A DNA stretch of 55,809 nt, counting the filler, from Sphacelaria rigidula (Eukaryota): the NCBI GenBank assembly GCA_964200075.2. It is 5 parts of 5 records of this genome, joined end to end, with 100 filler letters (N's around TTAATTAATTAA, not from the genome) between each part and the next. Parts side by side here need not be neighbours in the genome. Positions count along the whole stretch, not along the records: positions 22,368 to 33,449 come from CAXNAA020005417.1; positions 33,550 to 44,629 come from CAXNAA020005418.1; 3 more parts are not named here. One strand, 5' to 3'. The notes below the pieces were generated by a model. That model saw only the letters and a program-made list of their open reading frames with translations, ran no database searches and was not told the DNA's origin. A program made the position numbers and the translations under genes. This document shows, one piece after another, positions 24,452 to 37,634 of this stretch (position 1 is its first letter; every line of letters begins with the position of its first letter).

Positions 24452-27052
24452 ACAATGATACCCTAGACCGCCATCCTGTGTACAGGACCATGATGTGAAT
24501 CCGTGTTGTGTCCTTTTGTGCACAACGCACTTGAATCAAGCACCGGAACTCTGTCCCAAAAGAATTACCACCATTATCATCACCATTGTACCAGCCCTAC
24601 TTACCATGGACTCGCTCGCTCACCAGCTTGAGAAAGCCGATTTCCGCCAGAGGACCAATACACCGGTTCGTGAGAGGCGCGTTATGGCTCTGGCTTCGCC
24701 CTCGACACTGCTACAGTATAGTGGCCCCCACTCCATTCGGGGATGGGTGGGGGTGGGGGGCGTTCCGCCTAATCGCAGTATCATGTATTGCCCTACATCA
24801 ACAGCACTTGGGAATGCAGGTAACTGGCAGCCCTCGCTTTCGAAGAAAACACTGTGTCCCTCACAGCACTACTTGATATTTGTAGGTGCTTGACCACTGA
24901 ATAGATATCATAAACTAGCATCCTGCGTACCGAATCCCCTCGTGGATCGTGGATGCGGTTGAACAGGGTGCATAAATTACGTGTAAAAATGTCAAGATAA
25001 TGTTCCAGAAGGACTCCCATCCTCATGGTGCAGTCGTAGTAGCGTCACTTGATAAGGATGATGCAAGCTCCCCCTTTATGCTCGGCCTACGGACTTGATG
25101 TGGCACACATTACGCGTACACTACTTCCTCGGTTTGCAAGCAGAACAACTGGGCAACTGTGACAAGACTGAGGCGTGCACGAAAACATATCGCCATCGTT
25201 TCACCTGCATTGGTGTCAGCGTAAGTTGGCTCTTCCGGGGGACCACAATGGCAGCCCACGGATGGTACTGCACGACTTGGTCCACGACGACACGGATATA
25301 ATCATACAGACGCCTGGCCCTGAGAGACACGAAGAGAAGTAGGACGTGGAGAGTATTCAGTGTGAGCTGAGACAATGTGTTGGAAATATGGGGAGAACGG
25401 CCTGCATCTCCGTAATTGCTATTCGGATTCCAATTTCACAGAGTGAAGTTGAATTTTGCTGCGGATAAAAAATCGACTAAGCGGTTCTTTGTGACCCGAC
25501 TCTTGCGATATTTGTTTTGCTAGATTTTCCCCCTCTAGAACCCCTATCGACTTCGTTTTGAGGGGGATAACCTCGTCAATAGACACCAAACGCATCCTTC
25601 TCCAGGGGGCACCTGGACACACAGCAGTTACCGCTACCTACCTAGTACCGTCATCGAAATCGAAGTCTTGAGTGAGAACGCCCAGCGTATGGTGCCCATG
25701 TTCAAGGAAGGATTATCTTCATCTAGTATCGTGCTCCAAAACGTACCTGACAAGGGGACAACAGCAATGCTAGCGGATCCCACGTCCTGACAGTCTGTGA
25801 CAGTCTCGCAGCCGGCAAGGTGGTGATGGTAGTGTCCTTCTAGCGATGTCAACTTACAGTGCACTGTAGCAGAGTTCGCAGGTGAAACTTTTGGCAATTA
25901 CTTCACCTGCAGTTCGCCCAGATGTTGCGGATTTTTTCTCGATATCACATACATGTACAGGTGGAAATATACCAGATCCTCCGTTACGTTATATATGGAA
26001 ACTTACCCAACCGTAGACAAAAGATTTTTATCGTCAGTACGAACACGTTGTTGAAAGTGCACTGCGCAAAGTCAGTGTGTTGTCGTCCCATCTATTCTGG
26101 ACGCCGGTCTCCACCTTTCGGTATATGTGGGCGCACCAGCCGCGGCTGTGTTACCATACAGCTTCGCCCAAGATACAGGCAGCCACTACAGCGGCATAGG
26201 TGGCCTTTAACTCCTGCGTGCGCCACCTGGGGCAGACGTGTTGATGTGAACAGCCTTTTTAGTGTAGTCCACAGTATAGATCAACCACGGTACAGAGGTA
26301 TCCGTCTTCACGGGTTACGACAGTTACGTGCGGTGGGATTTGATACCATAGTAGGCGTATGCCTTGTACTCACGTACGTAATGTCTGGGAGCTCCGCTTA
26401 CCACGGTGTTGGGTCGCCACACGAGTTCACTTCTTTCTCTTCCTTCTTTTCCTTCCTTGACTTGCTTAGTCAAGCTGTGTAATGCTACTCTTCTACAACA
26501 TGAATGGCTCAGCCGTGTCCTTTGATCGACTTCATCAGTCGTGTCTAGGTGTCCCTGTGTGGGGATCACGCCTCAAGGAACAAAACGCACGCTGTAGCTG
26601 CAACATGGACAGCTTTACAAAATGTCACGTAGCAAAATAGCGCGTAGCAAGGCGTGATATCCTGCGTACACGTTGGGCGCGATTCAAGCGGCTGCGTTCA
26701 TGATGTGGCGAACTACATAGGACAGCGCGGAATCAATGCAGGGCAGGGATAGGCTAAGGATTTCACTTCCTGCGGTGTGCTTTGTCACCCTGACGCCAAC
26801 CGCTGTGCAGTGAGCAGGTAGTACCGCCGAACGCGTCACGCTGCGGTTCTTCTGCATTGTCGGCTCAACACCCATAGGGTATAACCTTTGCAATGAATTT
26901 TAGAAACGCATTGAATTCAACTACACGCGCGGAGCGCGTTCTTTTCGAGCAGCACGCGCGCTAGCGCGAGCGCGATTTTCCGTGTTGTTGACATTGTGCC
27001 AGCGCGCTTGTGCACTAAAGCGCTGTACTCGCCTGTGAAAGCCCTTCATGGT

Positions 27053-30000
27053 ACGAGCAAAAAGCTTGACACATAGAAAACGCCGACACGATGAGCAAGT
27101 TACAACTGAATATCAAACCCACGCGTAATTCGAGCAGCAACGGCACGAGTCACGCGCAATTCCCGCAACTCGTTCGTGAGAAATTCCGGAGCGGCCTCAA
27201 AAATATCTTTGAAAGGCTGCCCCGTACGCTCCTCAACTTCGAAACCAACCCAGTCGGCCAACACGATCGATGAACGATCGTCTGCTTCTGCCACTCGGAC
27301 AATACCAACCATCTAGGATTGCCCCTGATTAAAAGCGTGCTGGAACACGCCCTTAAGGTCAGCCGCAACACTAAGCTGGGTGTCTGCATAAACGCAAACG
27401 AGCTACATGGGCGATCTGAACACGACCCGAAACAATGTTCTGGATTTCAAACACGTGCGGGTGGTGAGCACCAACCACTCTCCACGGACCAGCCCACGTT
27501 GCCATCAACTTGGGCGTGACGCCCGGACGACGCACGCATGCATACAAGACATGGTCGCCGACCTCAAAATTCGGCAATTCCAGCCCCGTCGAGGACCTCT
27601 CACGTCTATGCGCACGTTCAGCGGTAACACCCTCCTGCATTTGAACGTGGAAAGGTCCTTGCAAGTCCAAGACTCCTTGCAAAGTACGCTAGATTCGACC
27701 GTCATCCAAGACGTCACAACTCCATTCCCCCGCCGACGAAAACGCCAACACCGAGAAAGACGTCTGAGGAGCACGGCCAAACATCACGTGATATGGCGTA
27801 CTACCGTGACGACGAAACGCTGTATTGAGCGCCGATCGCACCGCAGGCAACACGTCCGCCCACTCTGAAATCGCTCTATGCTGCTCAAGAAATAAAGAGC
27901 GAAGAGCACGAACTCCTCCCTTGACCATGCGCTCACACGTGCCGTTAGACCACGGAGAATACGCCATCGCAAACTGGTGATCAACGGAAAAGGCCTCTCG
28001 CAATCGGGCCAAGATTGTATTCTTGAAATGCGTGGCAGTGCACTCACCCACACACGCGACAGCCCCAAAGGTTTGCACCAATTTAACAAAGATGCAGCAG
28101 CCGATTCAGCAGTACACACTGCTACTGGTTCCAGAGACACAATGTTGCTCAAATCATCTCTGATTACCAAAATGTATCGAAACCCAGCATCCTCCGACAA
28201 ACCTTGGGAAGCTAGCGGGCCACTCTTGCTCCTGTACAAGAAGTCAAAATGAACGGCTTCATTCGGCATGGTCCCATGGATCGTTTTCCCGAGTGGGCGG
28301 GGAACGACATCACCCGCCCTCGAATCAGCACATTGAAGATACTGTCGGACAAATTCGCGGACATGAGTTCATATCCCCTGCCGAACGCAAAACTCTTGCA
28401 AGCGCACGCGCGTCGCACCCACACCACGATGCTCGGTGTCGCGCATGTGCGCGCAAATCATCAGACGTACGTGCAACTGCTTGTCAGAATCCAGAATCCA
28501 CAACACGTTTCGGCCGCGCACATGTACGCGAACCAGACCTTCATTGTCCAAGATAGCATTACCAACGTCCGACTCGAAATATTACACATCCGCATCTTCG
28601 GCCCCAAGATCTTTCCGTTGCGCTTGGTGGAGAACAGATTTGGAGGGTACTGAGGCATCAGCTTTACACGAACCATACACAGCCACAGCGCGCACTGGCA
28701 AAGCCGAAATATTCACACAACGCGAAAGTAAGTCACCCCACGCGTTACGGTCACCCCAAATACGGCAATTCGACGTACGATACTGGCCAAGAACACCTTT
28801 CCATCCCCCCAAACGTTGTGCCAACGCCTTCGACACAGACGTAACGTACGCTTCCGGGTTGAAAATATATACGAGATTGCGGTGATCCATGAAAATGTGC
28901 ACGCCATCCCACAAAAGATGCTCCAAACGACGAAAAGTGCTCACGATAGTAGACCCTGCCTTGTCAACTGTGGCCTAACGCAACTGCGAATCCTTGAAAC
29001 TACGACTGAGAAGAGTCAGCGGTTCATGCGTCATATCCTCGACCGGCAAGCGTCGTTGCATTTCAACTTCAGGCACCTGCGTGACAAAACTACCCCAATG
29101 GCACTCAGATGCATACGAAAACCTCAACACCTGACAACTAGGACGAGGATGGAGCTGCGTCACGGCAGGGGCCACGAGATTCTTCGCTGCCGCCCACGCC
29201 TGCAGTCTGCCCTCCGTCCACGATGCAGCCTTCTTCGGAACCGCGATAGCCGGGCTGGACCACACTGCCTGCAAGTCCCGGAACACCAACCCAAGCGCCA
29301 AAAGAGCCGTCATGCACGACGCCAACCAAATCGACTTCACCGAATCGTACCGCCGCGGCTTCGCCTTCACCGCAGACGACCCAGATTTTGCTGAACATGC
29401 AAGGGCTCCACTCGCGCAGGGGGGTCACCCCGCAGCGCACGACGAAACGCATTTACGCGGCGATGCAAAATGCCGCGCAGACGCTCCACCTTTGCGACGC
29501 TGAGACCTTTCGCCACGGCATCTGTAATGCTCTCCTTCAGTACGACCTTCCGAGCGGACTTCTCTTGCGCCGGATCCATGGCCGCGCTCCACCAAGCGTT
29601 CCCCCGCCTTATCCCGCTCCTCGGTCATCTGCCCCCCCGCCTCCTGGAAGACATCCCCCGACAAGCTCACGCGACGACTGAACACAAAAACGAAGGTGGG
29701 CGTCTTCACGCGCGGACCAGGCGGAGACATCCGCGTCTTCATGGAGTCTCACAACCGCATACGGGTCGACTCCAAGGTCCTGAAGCGTCGGGAACCCCAG
29801 AAGAATGACGCCATTCGATCTCGGCATGACCGCAAACGAGATCGGAGGCAACGACCCCGGCCCCCAGGAAGTCGTGGAAGCCAGCTGCAGCGGAACGGTA
29901 CGCTTTATCACGGAAACATGGTGACCCGACGCGGTAACCGCCTGCGGCACCCCGAGCGAGAACCGAGTGCGTCGTGGGACACGGGGGCAGACGCTCCAAC

Positions 30001-31921
30001 ATCTCTGAGATCTGCACCGACACCCTCACATGACTCGTGAAGTGGGCGCCATAATCCAACACAGCTTGAACCATCACGGCTCGACACTCCTGATGATTTG
30101 GAAGACACAGCTCCGCAGGAGCGTACTTGTCCGCAAATTCCACTGGCACTTCATCCGCCGACCGATGCACCGCTGATTTCACGTGACGCCACGGCTGCGC
30201 AGGCGAAGACGCCCCGGCAGGTTTAAACGGCACCGCCGCCGGGTACGACCCCCAGCCAGCAGGCCAAGAATTTGGCGAAACTCCGACCAGCGCACCAGCA
30301 GGCGTCGCGCCCGGTGCTGCTGCCGACGTCGACACCAGCGCCACCACCGGCGCCGGTGCAGTGTTCGACCGTTGCGGTCCAGCGGCACTCAGTCCCACCG
30401 GCGCCATCCGTTGCGGAGCAGCGGCACCTACGGCGGCGCCAGACCCGTGCTGACGCCGCTGCCCCTGCTGCTGTTTCTGCTGCTGCTGAGAACTCGACTG
30501 CGATCCTCCACCGCCGAATGATCCACCGCCGCCACCACCCCGATCACCTCGTCTTTTGCCCCGGTGCTGACGATGCTGGTGGCGCGCGGCATGAGACTGC
30601 TCAGACTCCCCACCGGAACACGTTGGGCAATCGCGCGCGTAATGGTCGACCTGGCCACAACGGTGGCACGTGATGGTCGTGGCGCGGCCGACCGATTGCG
30701 AGCCGTGGTGGCGCAAAGACTTCGGCGAGGAGGTGGACGACTGGCCGAACACCTCTATTTTCCGCCACTCCTTTGCCTCGGCCACGACGGTGTCTTTACC
30801 AGGGAGAGGTCGGCCTTCCAATTGGTCTCGTGCTGCAACTTGACAAGCACGGGTTGCTTAAATTTCGCCGGCGCCAACCCCTCCACCAAAACCTTGGTGA
30901 TTACTGCAGCTGGCCCGGGAATGAACTCACCATCGGGGGAACAATATGTCAGTTCAACGTTTGGATTTTCCGTGAAGTACTTCTCCAAATTTGGCAAGAT
31001 TGGTTCCACCCGCTCCAGCACCGTTTTTCTCCGAGAATCTACGGCGACGGCTTCCACCACGGCCGCAGACGCTTGGGTCAGCTCCAGCTCGGCGCCCGCC
31101 ACATGCCCAGCATGTTTTTTCATCGCCGCAACCAATTGCGGCGAGGTGATTGTGCTCTCATCGTGTTGTACACGAGTAAACACTCTTTGCACGTACGTTG
31201 GCACTTGTTGAGCCATCGACACCACCTGATGTCGCACAGCACCCCCTGCCTTAGCGTGCTCCGCACGCTTCTTGTACTCCAAGTACTTGCTGTAGAAAGT
31301 GCTAGATGCGCTTTCGGGGTAGCTATCCCCGTATTGGGGAGGTTGCACGCGAGCTGGTCGCCACAGCAGCAGCCGGCTACCTGCGAACCTTTCGCAGGCC
31401 AGCGGACCGTCGCGAATTGCGCACTTCACCCTTGCTTCGTCGCCGCACCACACAGTCGTAGAAGCCTCAAACCTCCCGCTGCACGCAGCTTCAGCAAGTA
31501 TCCAGTGTGCATCAATCACATGCCAGCCACCTTTCTGCAGCTACCTCAGCTTGAACCCTCCGTACGCGTACGTCATGAATCACGTTGTCCCAAGCTTCCA
31601 GACTCTCCCGCCGAAATTCTTTCAGCAAGTTCTGTTAGCTACAGGCACTAATAATGTCGATATTGTGACGCCAGCCAGGAGAAGAACTGCGGGATCGCTG
31701 CTGTTTGAGGGACTCCCCACTCGCACTGGCCTCAGTTTCAGTTGTCAGCCTTTCCAACATTTCATTATCCGGAGTGCCCTTGCAGACACAGCCTCATAGA
31801 CCCACCGGGGTACCATTCCCGTGTCCCCGGTCGGTATTCAGAATCCTCCAGAATCACCGTGTCACAGGTCATTATCCAGATTGTCACCACCAGCTCAACG
31901 TGACGGCGTGATTTCGTCGTA
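27053..31921 (-). mobile_element. Second Gypsy copy of the same family: 5' LTR present, 3' LTR absent, RT core deleted
   Basis: Colinear with 16119-21710 on the opposite strand. Gag CHRCGQVDHYARDC, protease VLDYGA, RNase H, integrase and chromodomain remnants are present. The deletion junction reads AVPKK|AASWTEGRL. Confidence 0.93.
31664..31921 (-). repeat. 5' LTR of the second Gypsy copy (258 bp, with about 38 bp of extra sequence)
   Basis: The reverse complement reads tacgacgaaatcacgccg...ggctggcgtcaca, homologous to 16119-16338. Confidence 0.9.
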
Positions 31922-32399
31922 GATCCAACGTTTGATCTTCTCCATCCCCCCGCAAAAAACCCATCCCCAATATATAAAATTTCATGTTTGTTCTGAACGC
32001 CAAAGGTGGCATAGTCCAACTCAGCCCACCTACGGGGGGGTCGCCGTGTCAGAGTTGAGGGACTTTTCGTGAATGTTTCCTGTTGATGTCTCTCCAACCG
32101 TGGGTTCGGGATTGAGAAATAACATGCGATGTCTCCGGCGTGCTGGCGTCGAATTCGGCAACAATAGCTCGAAAAAACCGCAACGTCCGCGCGATCACCA
32201 ACCAGCAAGGGAAAACATGAAAAAAACACACTAGAAGTTAATGAACACTTCGTGAGTTTTGCTGTTGGTGTCCTTCCAACCCTGATTCAGCGGTTGAGAT
32301 GAAATATGTCATATCTCCGGCGTGTTGACGTCAAATTTACCACACTACAGGGTGTTGACATCGAAAATGTGCCGTTCTATAGTATCGGAAGCCCCCACA

Positions 32400-33380
32400 G
32401 ACACCAGTGCGGTACATCACTGTAAAAAAGTACAGTACACGCATCAGAAGAGTACGGTTATGTTATATAGTATGAGATTCCCTACAGAACTTACAGACGT
32501 ATCGAATCATCGGTATGAAAATCTTACATAGCATACAGAACTGTCGGGTAATAACACGGGATCTTACAAATTGGGGATGGATATTTTATTGGGGATGAGA
32601 AACCCGGAGATTTCAAATCTTCGTATCCACACCAGATCTTCGAAACATGGTTCCATTTCTTCACCTACTGATAGCTATTGACAACTGCTACAAGCAATAG
32701 AAATTTTGATTTCGATAATCGGAACGTTGGGGTCCTGGGGGAAAAACCGATTTTGGGGAATTTCGGGTGTCCGAACGGACGCCAAAATGGTTCCGAAACT
32801 GGTTTTGAACCGAGGACCCCAGCATTCCGGTGGTCGAAATCCAAATCTCTATGGCGTTAAACAGTTGTCAACAGCTATCAGTAAGTAAAGAAATGGAACC
32901 ATGTTTCGAAAATTTGGTGTGGATACGAAGATTTTAATTCTCCGGGTTTCTCATCCCCAATAGAAGATCCATCCCCAATTTGTAAGATCCCGTGTTTAAC
33001 GGTTTCAAGATCTTACTGAAATTACAGAACTGGTCGGGTACGGTATGGGAGGCTTACCGAAACCGTACCGGCAATCAGGTCTTTCTTCAAGAGCATACTC
33101 GCGCCCCGGTTACGGGTAAGCATTATGTACAGAACTCACAGAACTGTCAGGTAAGGGTATGGGAGGCTTACAGACCACACGGAAAGTGTCGGGTAGGGTG
33201 TTAAGGTTGCGCTGAATATCGTACCCGCAACCGGGTATCTCATCAAGAGCGTACCCGTGCCCCCCCGGTAACGGTACGGGGGGCTCATAGAACTCACAGA
33301 ACTATTGGGTAAGGGCGCATGAAAGTCTCACAGTGTACACAGAACTGTCGGGCACCGGTACAAAAGTCTTACAGAGTTTA
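32400..33380. repeat. Interspersed repeat built of ACAGAACT(C/T)ACAGA and GTCGGGTA motifs, interrupted by a family C element
   Basis: cagaactgtcgggta, ggtatgggaggctta and tacccg motifs recur on both sides of 32555-32994. Confidence 0.6.
32555..32994. mobile_element. Foldback MITE (family C) with inverted arms of about 200 bp
   Basis: cacgggatcttacaaattggggatgg at the left end is the exact inverse of ccatccccaatttgtaagatcccgtg at the right end. Imperfect pairing continues through aaatcttcgtatccacacca and ttcgaaacatggttccatttctt. Confidence 0.9.
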
Positions 33381-33449
33381 ACAATAAATTGTGCGAATTG
33401 AGGTTTAACTTCGAGATGAGGCTCAAGCCCAAAACAGTGCTTTCCCCAC

Positions 33450-33549
33450 NNNNNNNNNNNNNNNNNNNNNNNNNNNNNNNNNNNNNNNNNNNNTTAATTA
33501 ATTAANNNNNNNNNNNNNNNNNNNNNNNNNNNNNNNNNNNNNNNNNNNN
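33450..33549. other. Artificial scaffold linker
   Basis: N44-TTAATTAATTAA-N44. Confidence 0.97.
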
Positions 33550-33622
33550 GCTCGGGGAATCGAACCCCCCTACTCAACCATCAGAAGGTTACGAGGTTAC
33601 CAACTGAGCAACCGGGGCGACC
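33550..33622 (-). mobile_element. tRNA-like SINE head, truncated by the scaffold end
   Basis: Minus strand reads ggtcgccccggTTGCTCAGTTGGtaacctcgtaacc-ttCTGat-ggttgagtaggggGGTTCGATTCCccgagc, giving an A box, an anticodon-like hairpin and a B box/T arm. Confidence 0.65.
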
Positions 33623-36249
33623 GGTTTGCCTTGCGGGATTGGACGATCAGTAGTACCGTACGACGAGAGCACTGGAGGAGGAGGGTGTGTACAGTACTTC
33701 CACCATCTGTATGTACAGCATAATGGCGGGCACACCGTCGCTGTTGTGACTTATACTCGCCTCTCACGACATTTTCACAAATTTGTAGCAATCCACCAGC
33801 GCCTCCCTGCCTGCTGCTCTTCCGACGACAAGCAAAACTACAGCACAATGAGGGTAAATGCTGCACAAAAAGCAAAGTTGGCAAGCTTGCTGGTGTCCCT
33901 TGCGCGATCACCCAGATCAGCGGCACGGTTCGAGGACAAAAACACTGAAAGAGGAGAGTTCAAGCATATTCTCGAGATACCGGACAGGGAGTCAGTGCAG
34001 TAGTTATATACTGACAGTAGCAGGGTTACAGTATGTAAAATATAATAAGGACGGTACAAGTGGCAGGTCTGAAGTTTGAAGTTGGCATCCAAGGTACGAT
34101 TTTACTATCAAACGTCCACCAAACAAGCTGTGAATGGTCTCAGAGCCACCTCATTCCTTCACTTAGCAAGCACACGGTCGCTGTAGTGGTTTGTGCTCCC
34201 CTCTTAGAACCTTTTTTTTATTTCCATTTTTGCTTTAATCAACCTGCCCCTACCTGCTGTTCCGTCGATCTACACTCCACTATTTTTCGTACCACGTTTG
34301 GTTCGTCGCTCATACCTGCAGTTGTCTTTTGCATCATCCGAACTACACACAGATAACAACAGTAGTGCACTGGCACAAGAAAGCGAGGACAAACCACCTC
34401 CCTACTCTGTGAGTTTCGAATGTAATAGTAAATTAGTTGAAATTGAATGAAGACGATAAAGGTGTGATCATCGTAGCTGAACAGAACCACAGAAGAATTT
34501 CTATGCGTGGAGCCCTCCTCTCTTGTTTTCTCGCTGGTGGTGCAGTATCCAACCCCGTCACCCCGCATATTGCGCGCGCCCACACCCGCCTCTTGCAAGT
34601 GATCAATATTATGTTTCATCATGATCCTCATCTTTCTTGTTTTTAGTGTTACCTCGTCAAATACTCATCATTTTTCCCCAAAAGAAGAAATTCTGTGTTT
34701 TCCGTCCTCCTGTTTCACCCGAGCTGGTGCGCTGTCATATGTCGAAAGGTGTAACTGGCGTCCAGAATGGATGGGATGATGACGCAGCAGCGAACATACA
34801 CCGCGTAGCGTTCTTTCCAATACAGGTAGTCGCAGTGGACGGCGTGGTGCAGACTGTGGTACAGACAGCACTGTACGGGAGGTACTGTGTACGAGTGTTC
34901 GAGACGACCGTTGTTCCCGCTCTCGTCTTCTCGCCACGCATACCAGTCCTCACACACGCCTAACAAGTGAGCGGGGGTCTTGGAATCAAGACACATGGAC
35001 GTATATGCCTGTACTCAGAAACTCGATTTTTCTCACGTCATCCCTGCGTCTCTTCTCATCATGCCCGGACGATTCTTGTGTGTTCACCGAGAGGGCGAAC
35101 CTCCTTCCCGCCACCCGCAAAAAAACTGAAGGAGAGAGACAATCGCGAACACACTCCAGTCTTGTGTAGTGGGTATGAATGTTTTAGCAAGAGGCATGCG
35201 ATTTTCAATTTATACTCCTTGAAACAAGGTGAATATTTAGGTGAATTTTCGTTTCCTGTGCGTTTGTCGATCTCTCCGCTTTTGCCGCTAGCTAGTGCTA
35301 CTTGGTTTATGTATGTGTGCTGCGAGTCATATTGTGGGTGTGCGTGCCGTGGCCCTCGCTACCAGCGTGTTCTCTCGTGCGCGGGTGGGTTCAAAATAGT
35401 GTGTCACCTCTGTTGTGCGCGCGCGTGGGTTCAAAGATGGTGTCGGTTGGACCGGCGGGTCTTCCTTGGCTGAGAGCTGACGGGCATTCAAGCGGGAGGA
35501 CGAAATAATGACTCACGAAAAACGCCAGAACTTTTCTCATTATTACGGCGCCTTCTTACTTTTCTTCGGTTAACACAGGCCTATAGTCACGCACCAACTC
35601 AGACCTCCCCTCCCATGTATCCTCCCCAATCTCCTGTGCTAATTCTCCTCTTGCTCTTGTAGAGGACGGGAGGACGGAGGGTTGGTGAGGAGACCACTTT
35701 GACGGGCCGACTTTGACACTCCAATTCTCCTCAGCGACGTGTGCGATTCGAGCGCTCTTTTTTGCCCTGTGTACTTTGAATTGGAATGCAATGGGCTGTG
35801 ATCTTTTTCGGGGCACATCCCGCGATAGGGGGAAAAAAAGTATGACTTTTTCATGTAGGTTTTCACAGGAAGCTTGAGAAGCATTCGAAAGGCGGTCCAA
35901 CCCCAAATTGTGTCGGCGGTGTGGAGGTGTGCGCGGCGTCTGAATAGGGAGGGCGTCACCTTAACGCACGATTTCCGCATGTCAAGGATGTATACTACAA
36001 TCAAGTGCATCTAGGGAAACAAACAAGTGATGATCCATGGTCGGTAAAATGTCGTCGAACAGCCCCGACACTGTTCGGAGGCCAACACCCCCCTATTAGC
36101 ATCCCTAACGGTGAGACTTCCTTTCTTCTTTCGTAGTGGCTACAGTTAGCCGTGGGATTGGAAGTCCTCATATTTTGACATTGATTAGTTGTGGCTAATG
36201 CCAGGGTCATCATACCATCATCATTTAAGATATAGCTTCCAACTCCTGC

Positions 36250-36530
36250 CCCACCACGGGACGAGTCCGTGGTCACAAGGGTAATCCCCCCTGGAGTACA
36301 CGGGTACACACCCTACCATAGTATATCGGATTGGATTATGACTATCAACACTCCCGCACCGAGCCGACTGCCATCCTCACGCCCCCATGTTCTCAAAAAC
36401 GTAAATCAGATAGTAGCACTTCGGACAGAAACAAATTAATTAAACTAGACGCATCTGGCAGGGATCGACACCGCGTTTTCCGTGACCTCATGGCGTCAGT
36501 GGTAACATTACACCACCGGGGCGTGCCGGC
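36250..36530 (-). mobile_element. tRNA-derived SINE-like repeat (family A)
   Basis: On the minus strand: head cgccccggtggtgtaatg, gtgtcgatccctgccagatgcg, atccaatccga, and tail cccttgtgaccacggactcgtccc. Confidence 0.65.
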
Positions 36531-37505
36531 GCGATCTTAGATATGAACGCCTTCGAAATTTGTATCGGGTACGAATTTCACTTGATCCTCAACGTTTGAG
36601 ATCAAATGCAAATAAACCCGAAAAAACAAGTTCAAACGAACACAGACGACTCGAATCTCGACTATTGTAAAACATGTACTTCAGTTGTTGCGCGGCTGGT
36701 GATGGCCGAACATCGACGGTGCTGGACATCATTGTGTGCAGTTTCCGTCCATACTTCCCTCTTCTTCCGTAGTTCATACCCATCGATCTCAGTCTCCTAA
36801 CCCAAATCGACATGTTCGTTGAGTGCTACAGCATCTCCACTACTACGATACTACCAGCATTGCTGTGTAGATGCTGCTCTACAGTAGTGGACGGTCCAAC
36901 TATTTGGGGTTGTTTTGGGCATTTTCTCGCGTAATACTTTTCGATAGAACTCGAAATTACTAGCGTCGGTAGATTTTGGTACAATAAACAGATCTTGGAA
37001 ACACACTGCCCAAGTCAGTGCCAGTTGGTGTTATCGGGCGGAACGAGTAAATACCCCGTTCATCAGGAGGGTCTTTTTCACCGTGGGACACAGTTTTTCG
37101 GCCCTAGTGCAGTGAGTAGGCAGGATTTCTGATAGATAAAACTGTACATTTCGTGACAAATATAATCGGGACAGGCTCGATCGCCCGAACATATAGGAGA
37201 GTAAGAGTCTGAGCTAAAACGTGGCAGGACCCCCGATGACCGGTCAGCCAGTAAGTCACTCAATGTAGAGTATATATGTTTTTTTTCTTGGAATGTGACG
37301 CGGGTACAAATATCTTTCGATCCCCGATGTGATGAGCGGTGGCAAGCGAAAAGAGCCCGAGAAAATCGCCAATTACGAAAAAATCCCCAAATGCCACAAA
37401 CTGAATAGTTTGACCGGCCACTACTGAAGATCGGCCATGGAAGGGTATGTTGCCGACTGCCACATGAGCTGCTTCACTGCTGTGAGGAGGTATTGAGGGA
37501 CTGAC

Positions 37506-37634
37506 CTGATCCTCATGGAACATGTTTCTCAGCAGCCACGCCTGTGTATTCTTGTTGAATTTCCAGCTCACCACCCCGTCTCCTCCCGTCTGGCCATCAC
37601 CCGCAATCTTCGCGCTTTTGGCGGATATCCACGC
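37506..37634 (-). CDS. Exon of a WKF-domain (DUF2373 / C7orf50-like) protein
   Basis: aaagcag|AWISAKSAKIAGDGQTGGDGVVSWKFNKNTQAWLLRNMFHEDQ|gtcagt, 129 bp, phase 0-0, containing the WKFxKxxQxWLL signature. Confidence 0.85.

Noticed and set aside
16119..31921. Two Gypsy copies arranged tail-to-tail as a giant inverted repeat or dsRNA locus
   Set aside because: They lie on different scaffolds separated by the artificial linker at 22268-22367, so the arrangement is most likely coincidental.
33550..33622. Functional tRNA-Gln(CTG) gene
   Set aside because: The D arm pairs poorly, the 3' acceptor strand is absent or cut by the gap, and the head resembles the SINE family.
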